DNA of 35,095 bases from Reclinomonas americana ATCC 50394 (taxonomy: Eukaryota). The stretch lies in NCBI GenBank assembly GCA_048213135.1, contig PS015241.1, forward strand, positions 66,505 through 101,599, given 5' to 3'. Positions within the stretch are counted from its first letter, which is position 1, and each line of letters opens with the position of its first letter. Of this stretch, positions 1 to 9,586 are shown piece after piece. Position numbers and translations under genes: made by a program. The notes below the pieces were generated by a model. That model saw nothing but the letters and a program-made list of their open reading frames with translations, did not search any database and was not told where the DNA came from.

Positions 1-52
1 GGCCAAGCAAGCACTTGCATGGGAGAGACGGAGGAGGAGGGGCGGAGGTCAT
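1..52 (-). CDS. WD40-repeat family gene, copy 1 (N-terminus only; runs off the window)
   Basis: ATG at 52 reads MTSAPPPPSLPCKCLLG, nearly identical to the starts of the neighbouring paralogs (MTSAPPPSLLCKCLCGH, MTSSPPPPSLPCKCLLGH). Confidence 0.85.
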   Translation of the reverse strand, partial: MTSAPPPPSLPCKCLLG

Positions 53-148
53 GGTGCGTGCGGGGAGGGAGAGGCGGGGGAGAGTGGGATCGTGTTGAAA
101 GGGGACATGACACAAGGACGTCGGCAATGCATTCATTGTTTGAGGGGT

Positions 149-168
149 TGCAACAGAGTGGTACATTC
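149..168. promoter_or_regulatory. Conserved upstream motif of WD40 copies 1 and 2 (TGCAACwGrGTGGTACATTC)
   Basis: tgcaacagagtggtacattc (149-168) and tgcaactgggtggtacattc (1451-1470) match at 18/20 positions, about 100-120 bp upstream of the ATGs at 52 and 1332. A regulatory role is inferred only. Confidence 0.35.
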
Positions 169-246
169 CCCACAAGCACAGGAAAACACAGGAGGGCACA
201 GAGAGAGCAAGGCAGATCTTCCTTCTGCTCATCACCCACCAGCGAA

Positions 247-1332
247 TCACAGTTGGAGACTCTTGTCGGCGAAACAACGATGGAGAACGACTTCGGCCTC
301 CTCGACCAAGAAGCAGCGCATAACAATCTCCACCAAGCAGCGCGGATCATCTTCCTCCTCTCTACCTTCTTGCATCTCCTGCACTCCACGCATGGCTTGT
401 CGAGCACAGTCGAGTTCCTGTCGTGCAAGACCAAATGGCGTCGACCACACTCTCACCGTGCCATCGTCACTCCCACTGACAACGTGTTGACCATCGGGGG
501 TGACGGCGACGGACAGCACGTCTTTGGTGTGCCCCTCCAACCGGCGCACCTCTTCCCCTGTTGCCAGCGACCACATTCGTATCGAAAAGTCTGCGCTGCA
601 ACTCACAACGTGCTGACCATCGGGAGTGACGGCAACACACCAGACCCATCCCGTGTGACCCTCCAGGCGCTGCACCTCCTCGCCACTCACGAACGACCAG
701 ACGCGCACAGTCAAGTCCCTACTGCCGCTCACAATGTGGCGACCGTCGGGAGCGATGGCGACAGACATCACCGCCCAAGTGTGTCCCTGCAACCGTCGCA
801 TGTGTCCTCCACTTGCCAGTGAACATACTCGTATGGTGTGATCCTGACTGCCGGTCACCATGTGCCGGCCATCGGGAGAGACAGTGATGGAACGCACCCA
901 ATGCGCGTGCCTGTACTGCCGGACTTCGTCCCCACTTGCCAGCGACCACACTCGCACTGTAACATCCACGCCGCCACTTACGATGTGGCGGCCATCGGGA
1001 GTGATGGCAATGAACCACACCGCATCGGCATGACCCACCAACTGTCGCTCGAGTTCTCCACTCGCCAGTGACCATAGTCGCACTGTTTTGTCGTCACTCC
1101 CACTCGCAATGTGCTGGCCGTCGGGAGTGACGGCGACTGCCCTCACCGCATCATGGTGCCCCTCCAACCGTCGCACCTCCTCGCCACTCACGAGTGACCA
1201 CACTCGCACGGTCTTGTCACTGCTCCCACTCACCACGTGCAGGCTGTCTGGTGAGACGGCGACAGACCAAACTGTGTCAGTGTGGCCGCACAGGCACTTG
1301 CAAAGGAGAGAGGGAGGAGGGGCGGAGGTCAT
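247..1332 (-). CDS. Intronless 7-repeat WD40 protein with helical C-terminal tail, copy 2 (361 aa)
   Basis: ATG at 1332, in frame within ORF 247..1800. Seven GH..V.sVavtPDG.hvvSgs.D.tvRvW repeats, then the tail GLARQELDCARQAM...DPRCLVEIVMRCFLVEEAEVVL. Confidence 0.95.
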   Translation of the reverse strand: MTSAPPPSLLCKCLCGHTDTVWSVAVSPDSLHVVSGSSDKTVRVWSLVSGEEVRRLEGHHDAVRAVAVTPDGQHIASGSDDKTVRLWSLASGELERQLVGHADAVWFIAITPDGRHIVSGGVDVTVRVWSLASGDEVRQYRHAHWVRSITVSPDGRHMVTGSQDHTIRVCSLASGGHMRRLQGHTWAVMSVAIAPDGRHIVSGSRDLTVRVWSFVSGEEVQRLEGHTGWVWCVAVTPDGQHVVSCSADFSIRMWSLATGEEVRRLEGHTKDVLSVAVTPDGQHVVSGSDDGTVRVWSTPFGLARQELDCARQAMRGVQEMQEGREEEDDPRCLVEIVMRCFLVEEAEVVLHRCFADKSLQL

Positions 1333-1782
1333 GGTGCGGGCGGGGAGAGGGAGAAGGACTCGGAGAGAAATAGTCGGGAGGACAACATCATGACTTCGGC
1401 ACTGACTAACGAAGATCAAAGGCGACGCATTGCTTGTCAACATGGGGCGCTGCAACTGGGTGGTACATTCGCAGAGAGAAAGGNNNNNNNNNNNNNNNNN
1501 NNNNNNNNNNNNNNNNNNNNNNNNNNNNNNNNNNNNNNNNNNNNNNNNNNNNNNNNNNNNNNNNNNNNNNNNNNNNNNNNNNNNNNNNNNNNNNNNNNNN
1601 NNNNNNNNNNNNNNNNNNNNNNNNNNNNNNNNNNNNNNNNNNNNNNNNNNNNNNNNNNNNNNNNNNNNNNNNNNNNNNNNNNNNNNNNNNNNNNNNNNNN
1701 NNNNNNNNNNNNNNNNNNNNNNNNNNNNNNNNNNNNNNNNNNNNNNNNNNNNNNNNNNNNNNNNNNNNNNNNNNNNNNNNNN

Positions 1783-2448
1783 CACCGATGTGAGGGACAC
1801 ACAAACTGGGTGATGTCAGTCGCCGCCACCCCCGACAGCCGGCACGTTGTGAGTGGAGGCAACGACAAGACCATACGCGTGTGGTCACTGGCGACAGGGG
1901 AAGAAGTGCGACGCTTGCAAGGGCACACCAGTGTCGTGTACTCGGTCGCCATCACTCCCGATGGTCGCCACGTTGTGAGCGGCAGCTGGGACAAGACGGT
2001 GCGCGTGTGGTCGCTGGAGAGCGGAGAGGAGGTGCGGCGATTGGAGGGCCACACTGGACGAGTGCTGCCTGTCGCCGTCACTCCTGATGGTCGGCACGTA
2101 GTGAGTGGCGGCGCGGACAAAACTCTCCGTGTGTGGTCGCTGGCGAGTGGCGACGAGGTGCGACGACTGGAGGGGCACGCGTCAGCGGTGCAGTGTGTCG
2201 CCGTCACTCCGGATGGAAAGCACATTGTCAGCGGGGGCGACGACGGCACGGTGAGAGTGTGGACTTGGACGAGTGGTCTTGCACGACAGGAGCTCGAGTG
2301 TGCTCGACAAGCCATGCTGGCCGTACAAGGCGCGGAGGAGGAGCTGGATCCGCGTTGTCTGCCAGAGATCGTGCTGCGTTGCTTCCTGGTAGAGGAGGCC
2401 GAGGTGATTCTCCATCGGCTCTTGATGGAAGACCATTTTCGGGGGTGA
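1783..2448 (+). CDS. WD40 copy 3, 3' half (repeats 4-7 plus tail), on an apparently inverted contig
   Basis: Starts at the gap edge with HRCEGHTNWV; four WD40 repeats and the family tail; joins in frame to 2751-3173(-). Confidence 0.9.
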   Translation, partial: HRCEGHTNWVMSVAATPDSRHVVSGGNDKTIRVWSLATGEEVRRLQGHTSVVYSVAITPDGRHVVSGSWDKTVRVWSLESGEEVRRLEGHTGRVLPVAVTPDGRHVVSGGADKTLRVWSLASGDEVRRLEGHASAVQCVAVTPDGKHIVSGGDDGTVRVWTWTSGLARQELECARQAMLAVQGAEEELDPRCLPEIVLRCFLVEEAEVILHRLLMEDHFRG

Positions 2449-2750
2449 CTTTCCGTGCGCAAGAGGATCTGCCTTGTGTTCTCTCTCTCTCACTCTTCCT
2501 CCTGCTCTCTCTTCATTCTCCCTCGCTGCTGTCTTGCAGATCGTCTTGCAATTGTGTTTCCCGCTTATTCTCCTCGCGGTTTGATTTCTAAGCCGGTAAC
2601 TCAAGATACTTNNNNNNNNNNNNNNNNNNNNNNNNNNNNNNNNNNNNNNNNNNNNNNNNNNNNNNNNNNNNNNNNNNNNNNNNNNNNNNNNNNNNNNNNN
2701 NNNNNNNNNNNNNNNNNNNNNNNNNNNNNNNNNNNNNNNNNNNNNNNNNN

Positions 2751-3173
2751 AATCTCCTCGCCAGTCGCCAGTGACCACACACGCAAGGCCTTGTCACTGC
2801 TTCCGCTCACGATGTACTGTCCATCGGGGGTGACGGCGACAGACTGCACGATCGACTGCACGTCGGCAATGTGCTCCAACACGCGCACATTCTTTCCGCT
2901 CTCCAGCAAGCGCACGTAAATGGTGCTGTTTGCACACCCACTCACGATATGCTGTCCGTCGGGAGTGATAGCAACAGACAACACATAGAAGAGGTGGTGT
3001 GCCAGTTGATTCACTTGCTCCCCACTCGCCAGTGACCACAGGCGCAAGGTCTGATCGTGACTGCTGCTCACAATGTGCTGTCCGTTCGGGGAAATGGCAA
3101 CAGACGTCACACCATCCGTGTGTCCAAGCAAGCACTTGCATGGGAGAGAGGGAGGAGGAGGGGAGGAGGTCAT
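2751..3173 (-). CDS. WD40 copy 3, 5' half (repeats 1-3)
   Basis: ATG at 3173 (MTSSPPPPSLPCKCLLGHTDG); three WD40 repeats; ends at the gap with WSLATGEEI. Confidence 0.9.
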
Positions 3174-3594
3174 GGTGGAGGGTGGGAGAAGGGAGAAGGG
3201 AGGGAAAGGGGGGAGGGAGGGAGAAGGGGGAGAAGGGGGAGAAGGGTGGGAGAAAGAAGGGAGAAGGGAGGGAGGGTAGGAGGGAAGGAGAAGGAAGAAG
3301 GGAGGGAAGGAGTGTGAGTGAGTGCGTGACGATCGTCGGCGAGTCTGTGGTGTCCTCATCTGCGGGGACATTGCCATTACTTCAGTCTGTGAACAGCTAC
3401 GGAATGCGGCGCTGTGCAAGTCGAGGCTCGTGAACTGCTATATTATGGGCCTCTCCGACGAGACAATGGAAAAAAGAGACGAGCAAACTCTTGGGATGGT
3501 CACATCAGGAGATAAGAGTCAGGATAAAACAGGAAACAGTGAGAGGGAGAGGGAAGTGGAGAGAGAGAGAACAAAGCAGTTCCCCCTCAGCTCT

Positions 3595-4695
3595 TCATCC
3601 GCCAGCCCTCAAAAAACGGTCTCCCGTCGAGAACCGACGGAGAATGACCTCGGCATCCTCGACGATGAAGCACCGCAGCACAATCTCCGCCAGGCAACGC
3701 CGATCCTCATCTTCCTCTTCTGCGCCCTCCTGCATCTCCTGCACGACATGCATCGCCTGTCGAGCGCAGTCGAGCTCCTGCCGAGCGAGACCATACGGAG
3801 TCGTCCACACGCAGATCGTGCGGTCCTCGCTCCCACTCACGATATGTTGGCCGTCCGGAGAAACGGCAACAGATCGCACCGCTGCAGTGTGCCACTCCAA
3901 CCGTCGCACTTCTGCGCCAGTCGCCAACGACCACACACGCACGGTGGTGTCTGCGCTGCCACTCACAACATGCTGGCCATCGGGAGTGACGACAACTGAC
4001 ATGACCGCATCCTCGTGCCCCTCCAGTCGTCGCACCTCCTCGCCACTCACCATGGACCACACACGCACTGTTCTGTCACGACTGCCAGTCACAATGTGCT
4101 GCCCGTCGGGAGTAACGGCAACAGTACACGCCCACCCTCGGTGCCCCACCACTTGTCGCATCTCCTTCCCACTGGCAAGCGACCAAACCCGCACCGTCTG
4201 TTCATTACCTCCGCTGACAATGAGCTGACTGTCGGGCGTGATGGCGACTGAACACACAGGAGCAGCGTGTCCCTTGAATCGCCGCACTTCTTCTCCACTC
4301 TCCAGCGACCACAAGCGGAACGAGTTGTCATAGCTCCCAATTACTACGTGCTGACCATCGAGAGTAACAGCGACACAAGCCACGGCGCTCATGTACCTCT
4401 CCAATCGTCGCACCTCTTCTCCACTCGCCAGTGACCACACGCGCACGCTGGCGTCAAAGCCCCCACTCACAACGTGTCGACCATCGGGAGTGACAGTGAC
4501 ACTGAGCACTGCGCCAGTGAGGCCCTCCAGTCGGCGCACCTCCTCACCACTCACAAGTGACCACACTCGCACGGTCCTGTCGCTGCTCCCACTGATAACG
4601 TGCTGGCTGTCGGGTGTGATGGCCACCGACCACACAGTGTCAGTGTGTGCAAGGGAGAACTTGCATGGGAGAGAGGGAGGAGGGGTGGAGGACAT
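3595..4695 (-). CDS. Intronless 7-repeat WD40 protein with helical tail, copy 4 (366 aa)
   Basis: ATG at 4695 (MSSTPPPSLPCKFSLAHTDTVW); seven WD40 repeats; tail GLARQELDCARQAM...RCLAEIVLRCFIVEDAEVIL. Confidence 0.95.
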   Translation of the reverse strand: MSSTPPPSLPCKFSLAHTDTVWSVAITPDSQHVISGSSDRTVRVWSLVSGEEVRRLEGLTGAVLSVTVTPDGRHVVSGGFDASVRVWSLASGEEVRRLERYMSAVACVAVTLDGQHVVIGSYDNSFRLWSLESGEEVRRFKGHAAPVCSVAITPDSQLIVSGGNEQTVRVWSLASGKEMRQVVGHRGWACTVAVTPDGQHIVTGSRDRTVRVWSMVSGEEVRRLEGHEDAVMSVVVTPDGQHVVSGSADTTVRVWSLATGAEVRRLEWHTAAVRSVAVSPDGQHIVSGSEDRTICVWTTPYGLARQELDCARQAMHVVQEMQEGAEEEDEDRRCLAEIVLRCFIVEDAEVILRRFSTGDRFLRAGG

Positions 4696-4960
4696 GGTGG
4701 AGGGAGGGAGAAGGGAGAAGGGAGGGAAAGGGGGGAGGGACAAGAGAGAGGGGGGAAAGGAAGGGAGGGAAAGGGAGAGAGAGATGCAGTGGAGAGAGAA
4801 TGAGAGAAGAGTATGTGAGCGAGAGTGTGTCTGTGTGAGAGAAGAGTATGTGAGCGAGAGTGTCTTTGTGAGAGAGTGTATGTGCTTGTGCGTGTCAAGG
4901 AAGAGAGAGAACGTAGAGTCGTGCTGTCCTTCTCGAGTCCCACTTCTCCTTCGTTTGTCA

Positions 4961-5378
4961 ATGCCCGTGAGAGCTCACACTGCCTCTCTTCTCCTTCTTG
5001 TCCTCCTCTTCGTTCATGTCATTGTTGTTCCGCTCTCTGTGAGCGGCTTTGTGTTTCATGTTGATGATGAGTTGGCAGAGGCTCGTCGGCATAGTGTGTA
5101 TGATGTGCAGTTTGTGGGGTATGGGTTTGAGGTGCATGTGGCGTGGGCGGATCCGGGTGTTAGAAGTCTGCGGCAAGCTGGTGCGAAAGGGAGGGAGGGA
5201 GGGAGGGAGGGAGGGAGGGAGAGTGGGGAGGGAGGGAGGGAGGGAGGGAGGGAGGGAGAGGAGGGGGAGGAGGGAGGGAAAGGAAGGGAGGGAAGGAGGG
5301 AGGAGGGACGGGAGAGGGAGGGAGATGGTGAGCTTGAGATGACGACTGAGAGGCAAGTTGAATGCAACTGTGTGGGAG

Positions 5379-5455
<77 letters not shown>

Positions 5456-8359
5456 NNNNNNNNNNNNNNNNNNNNNNNNNNNNNNNNNNNNNNNNNNNNN
5501 NNNNNNNNNNNNNNNNNNNNNNNNNNNNNNNNNNNNNNNNNNNNNNNNNNNNNNNNNNNNNNNNNNNNNNNNNNNNNNNNNNNNNNNNNNNNNNNNNNNN
5601 NNNNNNNNNNNNNNNNNNNNNNNNNNNNNNNNNNNNNNNNNNNNNNNNNNNNNNNNNNNNNNNNNNNNNNNNNNNNNNNATCTCTTGTTTTCTCGCTGGC
5701 TGCCTCCCTCCGCTTGTCCCTGCAAATGTTCACGCCTTGCTGTCTCCCTCCGTCGCTTCTCTTATCTCGTTTCTTCTGTGACTTCCTCCTTCTCAGTCGT
5801 CTTCTTCTCTCTCTCTCTCCTTCTCTCCCTCTCTCCGTCTGTCTCTGTGTCCCTCTTCCTCTCTTCTCCCCTCCCTCTACCTCTTCCTCCATCCCTTCTT
5901 ATATCTCTCTTGTCTCCGTCTTTCTTGTCTCGCTCTCCGTCGCCCAATCTCTCCGTGCTTTGTTCCTCTTAACGCATTTCTCCCTTTTCTTCCTTCTCTC
6001 ACGCTCTCTTCCCTCTCTCCCTTCTCTTCCTCCTCTCTCTCTCTCTCTGTCTCCTTTTTTGTGTCTCCCCCGCTTCCTCTCTCTTCCTCTCTCTTCTTCT
6101 CCCATTCCCTTCCTCCTTTCTCCCTTCTCCCTCCCCTCTTCTCTTCATCCTCTCCCTCCTCTTTCTGACCCCTTGTCACCCGCACAGCCGAGGCATCCAC
6201 CACTCTGGGCGACTTGCGTGACTCGATGAGCACCGGTCGCGTGATGCACATGCTGCAGGTGGTGCTGCTGGAGAAGGGTCTGTGGGCGCGCTCGCGATCC
6301 GTGCCCCCACGATTCATTCCGTTCACGTCGGTGGAACGAGTGGTAAGTCGTCTGTGTGTGTGGTCGCTTGTGCGTGTTTCCACTCGATTCACTTTGCGCA
6401 GCCTCCTGTGTTGCACTCTTCTTCATCGCGGAGGCGAGTCGGTCTGTTGCTTCGTGGACGAGTGCATGTGTTGTCGGTTGCCGCCGACGGCTCTGATGTG
6501 CGATCTGTTGGTGAGGAGGAGAAGGGGGAAGGGACATGCACACTCCATATTTCGCTCATGGTGGAATGATGCAGCTGAGGAGTTTGCAGAGGCGGAGCAG
6601 GTGGAGGGCGTGCTCGTGCCGGCTATGGAGATGGCGATGCGTCTGCAGCTGGAACGCCACATGTCAGAGGTAATGACAAAGTGCGGGTGGTTGAAAGAGT
6701 GAGTGCGGCAGAAGATGCAAGAGTCGCATTCAACAGGCGATTTCCTTTGATTCGAGATGCTCTCCTCTCCTCTTCCTCTCTGTCTGTGGTGTCTCGTTGT
6801 GTGGACCACCATCGATCGCCATGTTCTTCTCTGCCTTGCCCTGTCCTTTTCCTTCCCTTACCCTTCCTACTATCCCCCAGCCTAAAACAGTCGACATTCG
6901 CCTGTCGCGCATGGAATACCTGCGCAAGGGCTTCCGCATCCCCCTATCGTCGGATGCTGCCAACGCTTTCGGCATCACCAACGATTACTTTCCCTTTGCG
7001 GCCCCTGGATGGGAGATTCCGTGTGCGTGCACTTTGTGCTCATTCTTTTTCTTGCCACTCCGTCTGATCTTCTCAAAGACCGCCCGCTGCCCGAGGATCT
7101 GCCGTCGTTCTCTGTGCGCGAGGCGCGGTGGACTCGGTCTCCCGATTTCGATCGACCCATGGTCCTGGCTGCTGCCGAGCGCTGCATGAAAGAGCCGCAG
7201 GTGTGTGTCATCGCGATCCCCTCATTATACCAACGCGTGTTTCCCTCACTATTGCTTCTTTGTTATCACCAGCTGATTGCGTGGTACTTTGTGGTGGGTG
7301 TTGACCCTTGACTAGTTTCTTCCTCTCCATTCTTTCCTGACCCTTGTCTCACCCGCCCAGCCACCATCCCGCAAGCACGAACGCTTCTTGCCGCCGCCAC
7401 TGCCGCCGCCAACCGAGTGGGCGACCGATGTGGACGAGCTGATCTCGCTGCGCTTGCCCGGGCCGTACGAGCGTGCGCGCTTTCGGTACGGTCAGCTGGC
7501 GCCGGCCACGGTGACAGATGCCATGGTGATCGATTCGGGGCGCAAGGAGCCACCGTTGCTCGAGTGCACTGTGTGCAACTCGCGATTTGTGCGCGCCCAC
7601 CCGCCACCGCCACTCGGCACGCACGTGCGGGTCCTCATCGGCAACTGGTGTGGGGACACGGAGAGGGAGGCGCGCGATCGTGCACGGCAGACGTGGATGC
7701 GCTACGCCAACGTGTACCACGCGCAACGCAATCCGCTCGGCTCCGTGCAAGTGGTTTTTGTGATTGGTCGTCCGCGCAGCGCCGCCTCTACGTCGCACTT
7801 GCGGGCGCTGCACGAGGAGTACGTGGCGTTTGGCGACATGCTGTTCATGGACATTCGCGACAATGTCAATCAAGGCAAGAACCTCGAGTGGCCAATGCTG
7901 GCGCACGACGTGTACGGGCACAGCAAGACGCTGCGCTACGTCGGTCGCGTGGACTCGGACGTGTTCTTCCGACCGGTGCGGTTTGAGCGCGAGTTGCGGC
8001 GGCTGCCGCGCGAGCGCTTGTTGTGGGGACAAGGTATTCCGGCTTTCCGCGGACGGCGAGTGTACGAGTGCCCGCTCGGCCCGGCGTACTTTATGACGTG
8101 GGATCTGGTGGTGTTTCTGCGACGCACCACGTCGATTTCCGCCATTGACCGTCTCGGCATCGAAGACTGCGGCTTTGCGCACTACTTTGCCAAGGCCGAC
8201 CTGCCGCTGCACTACGCCTCCGACATGCGTTTCCACGACTACATCTATCATGCGCGGTCGTACTTTGCCGAGCCGATTACAGAGGCGTCGATTAGCGTTC
8301 ACCGGGTGAGCGAGTGGGAGCAGGCGCGGGGGTTGATGGAGCGGTTTGTGGATGGGTAA
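4961..8359 (+). CDS. GT31-family (beta-1,3-galactosyltransferase-like) glycosyltransferase with signal/anchor, about 613 aa, 7 exons
   Basis: GT-AG exons 4961-5180, 6188-6342, 6402-6510, 6575-6669, 6881-7022, 7079-7200, 7361-8359 form one frame. Hydrophobic N-terminus (LLLLVLLFVHVIVV). The last exon has GT31-type motifs RDRARQTW, VVFVIG, LHEEYVAFGDM..DNVNQGK, YVGRVDSDVF (DxD), GPAYFMTWDLV and IED. The catalytic exon is more certain than the 5' model, and a gap in intron 1 could hide an exon. Confidence 0.8.
5185..5455. repeat. (GGGA)n low-complexity tract and (GA)n microsatellite, 5' arm of GT31 intron 1
   Basis: Directly visible; the GA run reaches the gap at 5456. Confidence 0.95.
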
Positions 8360-8440
8360 CGTTGGGAAGTGATTCTGCTGCTGGGGGCTGGTCAAGGGTC
8401 AAGGGTGGCAGACGTGGTCTCTTGAGGAGGCGTGTAAATT

Positions 8441-8890
8441 CCGCCGACTCCTGGGTGTGACGTGTTGATGAAGGCCTGGTGGTAGATGTGGTCGGTGGAG
8501 GACACTTGATGGAGTCCGCCGACTCCTGGGTGTGACTTGTTGGTGAAGGCCTGGTTGTAGACGTAGTCTGTGGAAGAGACTCATTGGTGTCCGCCGACTG
8601 CTGGGTGTGACCCGTTGATGAAGGCCTGGTGGTCGGTGGAGAACACTTGATGGAGTTCGCCGACTCCTGGGTGTGACTTGTTGGTGAAGGCCCGGTGGTG
8701 GACGTTGTCTGTGGAAGAGACTCGGTGGTGCCCGCCGACTCCTGGGTGTGACTTGTTGGTGAAGGGCTGGTGGTAGACGTTGTCTGTGGAAGAGACTCGG
8801 TGGTGCTGCCAGAGCGTTCGACGTGGATGTGGCTGTTGGCATAGTGGACGTGGTGGTGTCCGCCGGCTGCTGGGTGTGACGTGTTGATAA
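8441..8890. repeat. About 75-bp tandem repeat (5 units plus a degenerate one)
   Basis: Core ccgccgactcctgggtgtgac recurs at about 8441, 8516, 8591, 8657, 8732 and 8860; periods 75, 75, 66, 75. Confidence 0.9.
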
Positions 8891-8959
8891 TAGTCCGGTG
8901 GTGCACGTGGTCTTGTGGGAGAGTATTCCCGAGGCCTGTTGACTTCGCGGTGCGGGCTC

Positions 8960-9520
8960 ACGATGATGATAACGAAGCAGTTGCTGTTGCTTTGTACGTT
9001 GTCATCGTCGTTGGTAAAACACCAGCAGCTGTCTTCACTTGCTTCACTGTTGGATTGGCATGCAAGCACTGGTTTCATGCATATGTGCAGAAACAGCATT
9101 CTCCATTGCAGCTTCTCGTGCTCTCTCAAGAAGGCTATACTCAAGAGCTTGTGTTGCTTTGTATGTCGTTCACGTCGCTGGTAAAACAAGAGCAGCTGCT
9201 GTCTTGCTTGATTGTTAACGTTGCATTGTCGGAGTTGTCATGCAAGCAGTGGTTTCATGTCCAGAAACAGCATCTCCTTCGTTGTGTTCAAGAAGGCGAC
9301 AATCAAGAAGCTTATGCTGCTCAGTTTGTCGTTGTTGTTGTTGGTAAAACGCACACGAGGGAGCTGTCTAGCTTGCTGAATTGTAGGCGTTGCAAGCAGT
9401 GGTGTCACTTGCAGAAACAGCATCTCCTTTGTTGTTTCTCGTGCCCTTTCAAGATGATAATCATGAAGCAACTACTGTTGCCTTGTTGTCGTCGTTATTG
9501 TTGTTTAATGCACACGAGGG
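8960..9520. repeat. Degenerate 150-180 bp triplicated repeat
   Basis: tgcaagcactggtttca / tgcaagcagtggtttca / tgcaagcagtggtgtca, each followed by cagaaacagcat, at 9061, 9241 and 9391; tggtaaaac at about 9012, 9180 and 9342. Confidence 0.8.
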
Positions 9521-9586
9521 AGCCGACTGCGCACTAGTACTGGACTTCATTGTTCATTGCATTGATTGCTGCTCAGTTTCTCACCA

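Noticed and set aside
3174-3310. Polypyrimidine tracts directly upstream of WD40 ATGs as trans-splicing signals
   Set aside because: No AG acceptor lies between the tract and the ATG, the tracts are short in copies 1 and 2, and CT-rich sequence is common throughout this window.
19-4251. Long ORFs antisense to the WD40 genes (e.g. 19..822, 1437..2462, 3491..4228)
   Set aside because: Shadow ORFs of GC-rich repetitive coding sequence, with no independent protein features.
1-4695. Diversity-generating retroelement or NLR explanation for the WD40 variability
   Set aside because: No reverse transcriptase, no template/variable repeat pair with adenine-specific differences, and no NACHT/NB-ARC domain in the window.
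7349-8395. 348-aa minus ORF (also 27731..28441 and 29271..30383)
   Set aside because: Antisense shadows of GC-rich plus-strand exons that carry the recognisable motifs or splice into the gene models.
8441-8890. CRISPR-like repeat/spacer appearance
   Set aside because: The apparent spacers are homologous to each other (two alternating subtypes), there are no cas genes, and the context is eukaryotic. It is a minisatellite.
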